Made by a program: the position numbers and the translations under genes
Notes under the pieces: model-generated
Database searches by the model: none
What the model was told of the DNA's origin: nothing
The model's input: only the letters and a program-made list of their open reading frames with translations
In this document: positions 61,483 through 64,000 of the stretch, piece after piece
Position numbering within the stretch: position 1 is the first letter of the stretch
Layout of the letters: every line of letters begins with the position of its first letter
NCBI GenBank assembly: GCA_052390235.1
Contig: JBQTHB010000006.1
Coordinates: 1 to 64,000 of the forward strand
Direction of reading: 5' to 3'
DNA length: 64,000 bases
Source of the DNA: Deltaproteobacteria bacterium
GTDB lineage: Bacteria; Desulfobacterota_D; UBA1144; Nemesobacterales; CSP1-2

Positions 61483-63273
61483 ATGCTTGAGCTTTTAGGG
61501 GACTGGAAACGGACGGATTACTGTGGCAACCTCGGCGCAAAAGACCTAGGGCAGGAGGTCATTATCATGGGCTGGGTGCAGTCCAAAAGAGACCACGGAG
61601 GACTCATATTCGTTGACCTCAGAGACCGGGAAGGGATAGTTCAGGTCGTCATGAACCCTGAAACCTCCCATGAATCCCACGAGAAGGCATCGCTCATCAA
61701 AGATGAATGGATTATCGCGGTCAGCGGGAAAGTCGCGCATCGCCCCGCCGAGACGCTAAATGCGAACATCAAAACGGGCGAAATCGAGATTGTCGCCTCC
61801 GCGCTTCGGATTCTCAATACCTCTCGCCCCCTGCCATTCCCCATAGAGAACGGCGTCAAAGTGGACGAACTGCTGAAACTGCGCTACAGATTTTTGGATT
61901 TGCGCCGCCCCGAGATGAGAGAGAACATCCTCATGAGGCACAAAATCGCCATGACTTCGAGAACCTACCTAAACCACGAGGGCTTTGTCGAGATTGAAAC
62001 GCCCTATCTCACGCGCTCGACGCCGGAGGGCGCAAGGGATTTCCTCGTCCCCAGCAGGCTCAACCCGGGGGAGTTCTACGCCCTACCCCAGTCGCCCCAG
62101 CTCCTCAAGCAGACGCTCATGATTTCGGGCTTCGACCGCTACTATCAAATCGTGCGCTGTTTTAGGGACGAGGACCTGCGCGCAGACCGCCAGCCGGAGT
62201 TCACGCAAATTGATTTGGAGATGGCATTCGTGGGCGAGGATGAGGTTATGGGGATTGTAGAGGGGATGCTCCGGGAAATATTCAGAACCGCGCTCGGACT
62301 CGAAATTGAGACCCCGTTTCCGAGGATGGGCTATGACGAGGCGATGCTCCGCTACGGCAACGACAAGCCTGACCTGAGATTCGCCCTAGAACTTGAGGAC
62401 ATTACCGCCATATTTAAGAACTCCGCCTTTAAAGTGTTCGCCGAAGCCGTAGGGCGCGGGGGCATCGTCAAGGCACTGAACCTAAAGGGCAGGGCTGGGG
62501 AACTTTCCCGCAGAGAGATTGACGATTTGACGGAATACGCCAAGACGCTCGGCGCAAAGGGGCTTGCGTGGATAAGAGTAATAGACGGCGAGTGGCAGTC
62601 GCCGATAACGAAATTTCTAGGCGAGGCGGAGAAGGCGGAAATGACCGAAGCGCTCGGAATCGAGACGGGCGATATAATATTTTTTGCCGCCGACTCCCCA
62701 TATACCGTAAACCTCGTGCTGTCGAATCTGAGACTGCGCCTCGGCGATAGGTTCGATATGATTGACCGGAGCAAATTCGCCCTCCTGTGGGTCGTGGATT
62801 TCCCGCTCCTCGATTTTGACAGCGCCGAGAACAGATACATCGCGATGCACCACCCGTTTACATCCCCAAAAGAAGAGGACTTAGAGCTTTTGGATTCGGC
62901 CCCCGAAAAGGCGAGAGCCAGGGCTTACGACGTAGTGCTGAACGGGGTTGAAATCGGCGGGGGAAGCGTGAGAATCCACAGAAGCGACATTCAGCAAAAG
63001 CTCTTTAGCATCATCGGACTCGGCGCGGAGCAGGCGCGCGGGAAATTCGGATTCCTGCTCGATGCGCTGGAGTTTGGCGCGCCCCCTCACGGAGGAGTGG
63101 CCCTTGGGCTTGACAGACTCGTGATGCTCCTAGCCGGGGCATCGTCAATTCGGGACGTTATAGCGTTTCCAAAGACCCAAAAAGGGGGATGCCCGCTCAC
63201 CGAAGCCCCATCGGCGGTTGACCTCAAACAGCTACTTGAACTACGAATCAAGCCCGATGCGAAGGAGAAGTAG
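61483..63273 (+). CDS. aspS: Aspartate--tRNA ligase (possibly non-discriminating)
   Basis: [52 protein letters not shown] before ATG 61483. Confidence 0.98.
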   Translation: MLELLGDWKRTDYCGNLGAKDLGQEVIIMGWVQSKRDHGGLIFVDLRDREGIVQVVMNPETSHESHEKASLIKDEWIIAVSGKVAHRPAETLNANIKTGEIEIVASALRILNTSRPLPFPIENGVKVDELLKLRYRFLDLRRPEMRENILMRHKIAMTSRTYLNHEGFVEIETPYLTRSTPEGARDFLVPSRLNPGEFYALPQSPQLLKQTLMISGFDRYYQIVRCFRDEDLRADRQPEFTQIDLEMAFVGEDEVMGIVEGMLREIFRTALGLEIETPFPRMGYDEAMLRYGNDKPDLRFALELEDITAIFKNSAFKVFAEAVGRGGIVKALNLKGRAGELSRREIDDLTEYAKTLGAKGLAWIRVIDGEWQSPITKFLGEAEKAEMTEALGIETGDIIFFAADSPYTVNLVLSNLRLRLGDRFDMIDRSKFALLWVVDFPLLDFDSAENRYIAMHHPFTSPKEEDLELLDSAPEKARARAYDVVLNGVEIGGGSVRIHRSDIQQKLFSIIGLGAEQARGKFGFLLDALEFGAPPHGGVALGLDRLVMLLAGASSIRDVIAFPKTQKGGCPLTEAPSAVDLKQLLELRIKPDAKEK

Positions 63274-63316
63274 TCCGAATGTTATACCCGCGCGGGAATC
63301 CACAAGCCGGGTTGCA

Positions 63317-64000
63317 TCATGCCTCGCGCTCTTTTGTGAGCCGGCTTAGTAGCGGCAAATCGGCGGCGGCGGAGGTTTTCTTCGGCGCGCGCTCTCTGGG
63401 TTTAGAATTTTTCTTGGCAACGATAGCCGTGTGGTCAATGCCCTCGATAAGCTCTGGGATAATATAGCTTTGTGAGAGCGTCTCCCAGTCAACATCCCGC
63501 AGAGTTATCACTTCACCGAGGAAAAAACTTACCCAAATATCGCCTATTTTGGATATTGGCTCCTCCTGCCGCAATTTACCCTCGGATATTTCGGCGTACT
63601 CTCCGTCCAGCTCAAAGCATATAAAATTTCGCCCCAAGCGTTTAGCCGCGAGCGCCGTCGTCCCCGTTCCCGAAAATGGATCCAGCACAATGTCGCCTTC
63701 GTCGCTGGACATAAGAATCACGCGCTCAAGAAGATGAATGGGAAGCTGACAGGGATGGTCGTCGCGGTATTTATTGTGTTTTACGCGGTGAATATCTGTC
63801 CAAACATCGGAGAGCAGGGGGCCAAATGGGTGCAACATCCCCTTTTTGCCGCCGTAGTCTTTATGAAGATAACCACATTTGCGGCACCGCTTATGCGGAT
63901 AACGAATTTCATAAAATTTATGATGTTTCGGCTCTTTGGCGTAGAACAGAATACCGTAGTGAGAGGGCTGTAAGGATTTTCCCATCGGCGACGTTGGCGC
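63317..64000 (-). CDS. Beta-class site-specific DNA methyltransferase, C-terminal part (5' end beyond window)
   Basis: SDVWTD, HPCQLP..LLER, VLDPFSGTGTT, RNFICFEL; frame open to the window edge (APTSPMGKS...). Confidence 0.9.
   Translation of the reverse strand, partial: APTSPMGKSLQPSHYGILFYAKEPKHHKFYEIRYPHKRCRKCGYLHKDYGGKKGMLHPFGPLLSDVWTDIHRVKHNKYRDDHPCQLPIHLLERVILMSSDEGDIVLDPFSGTGTTALAAKRLGRNFICFELDGEYAEISEGKLRQEEPISKIGDIWVSFFLGEVITLRDVDWETLSQSYIIPELIEGIDHTAIVAKKNSKPRERAPKKTSAAADLPLLSRLTKEREA

Overview
Bacterial chromosomal window, mostly housekeeping and of moderately high GC. The futalosine menaquinone genes and the PEP-CTERM protein are compatible with a Desulfobacterota/Dadabacteria-like organism, but that is inference only. 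Core content: the str operon (rpsL-rpsG-fusA-tuf, tuf cut by the left edge), cysE/iscS, tRNA-Pro/Arg/His, ychF, pyrD, argJ, recO, mgtE, menaquinone genes (ubiA, ubiX, ubiD, mqnE), msrA, mtgA, macA plus permease, apt, aroB, trmB, sucAB, era and aspS. Accessory content: a doubly frameshifted HEPN-MNT toxin-antitoxin pair, an antiporter-sigZ-arsM cassette splitting the menaquinone genes, a dead type II R-M pair (40-bp tandem duplication in the nuclease, apparent deletion in the methylase), an intact Dam-family methylase with a putative nuclease, and a third methylase cut by the right edge. Most notable observations: (1) a G14 tract in the -35/-10 spacer of the PEP-CTERM gene promoter, suggesting phase variation; (2) a 4-hydroxybutyryl-CoA dehydratase paralogue with an apparent Cys/Tyr swap and both catalytic Glu lost, lying among BtrH-like, nitroreductase-fold and CoA-ligase genes; (3) strong GATC depletion that spares the Dam-like module; (4) a Cys-tailed ECF sigma factor with a candidate promoter in front of arsM; (5) a dispersed REP-like intergenic repeat family. 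All family assignments come from motif recognition, not database searches.
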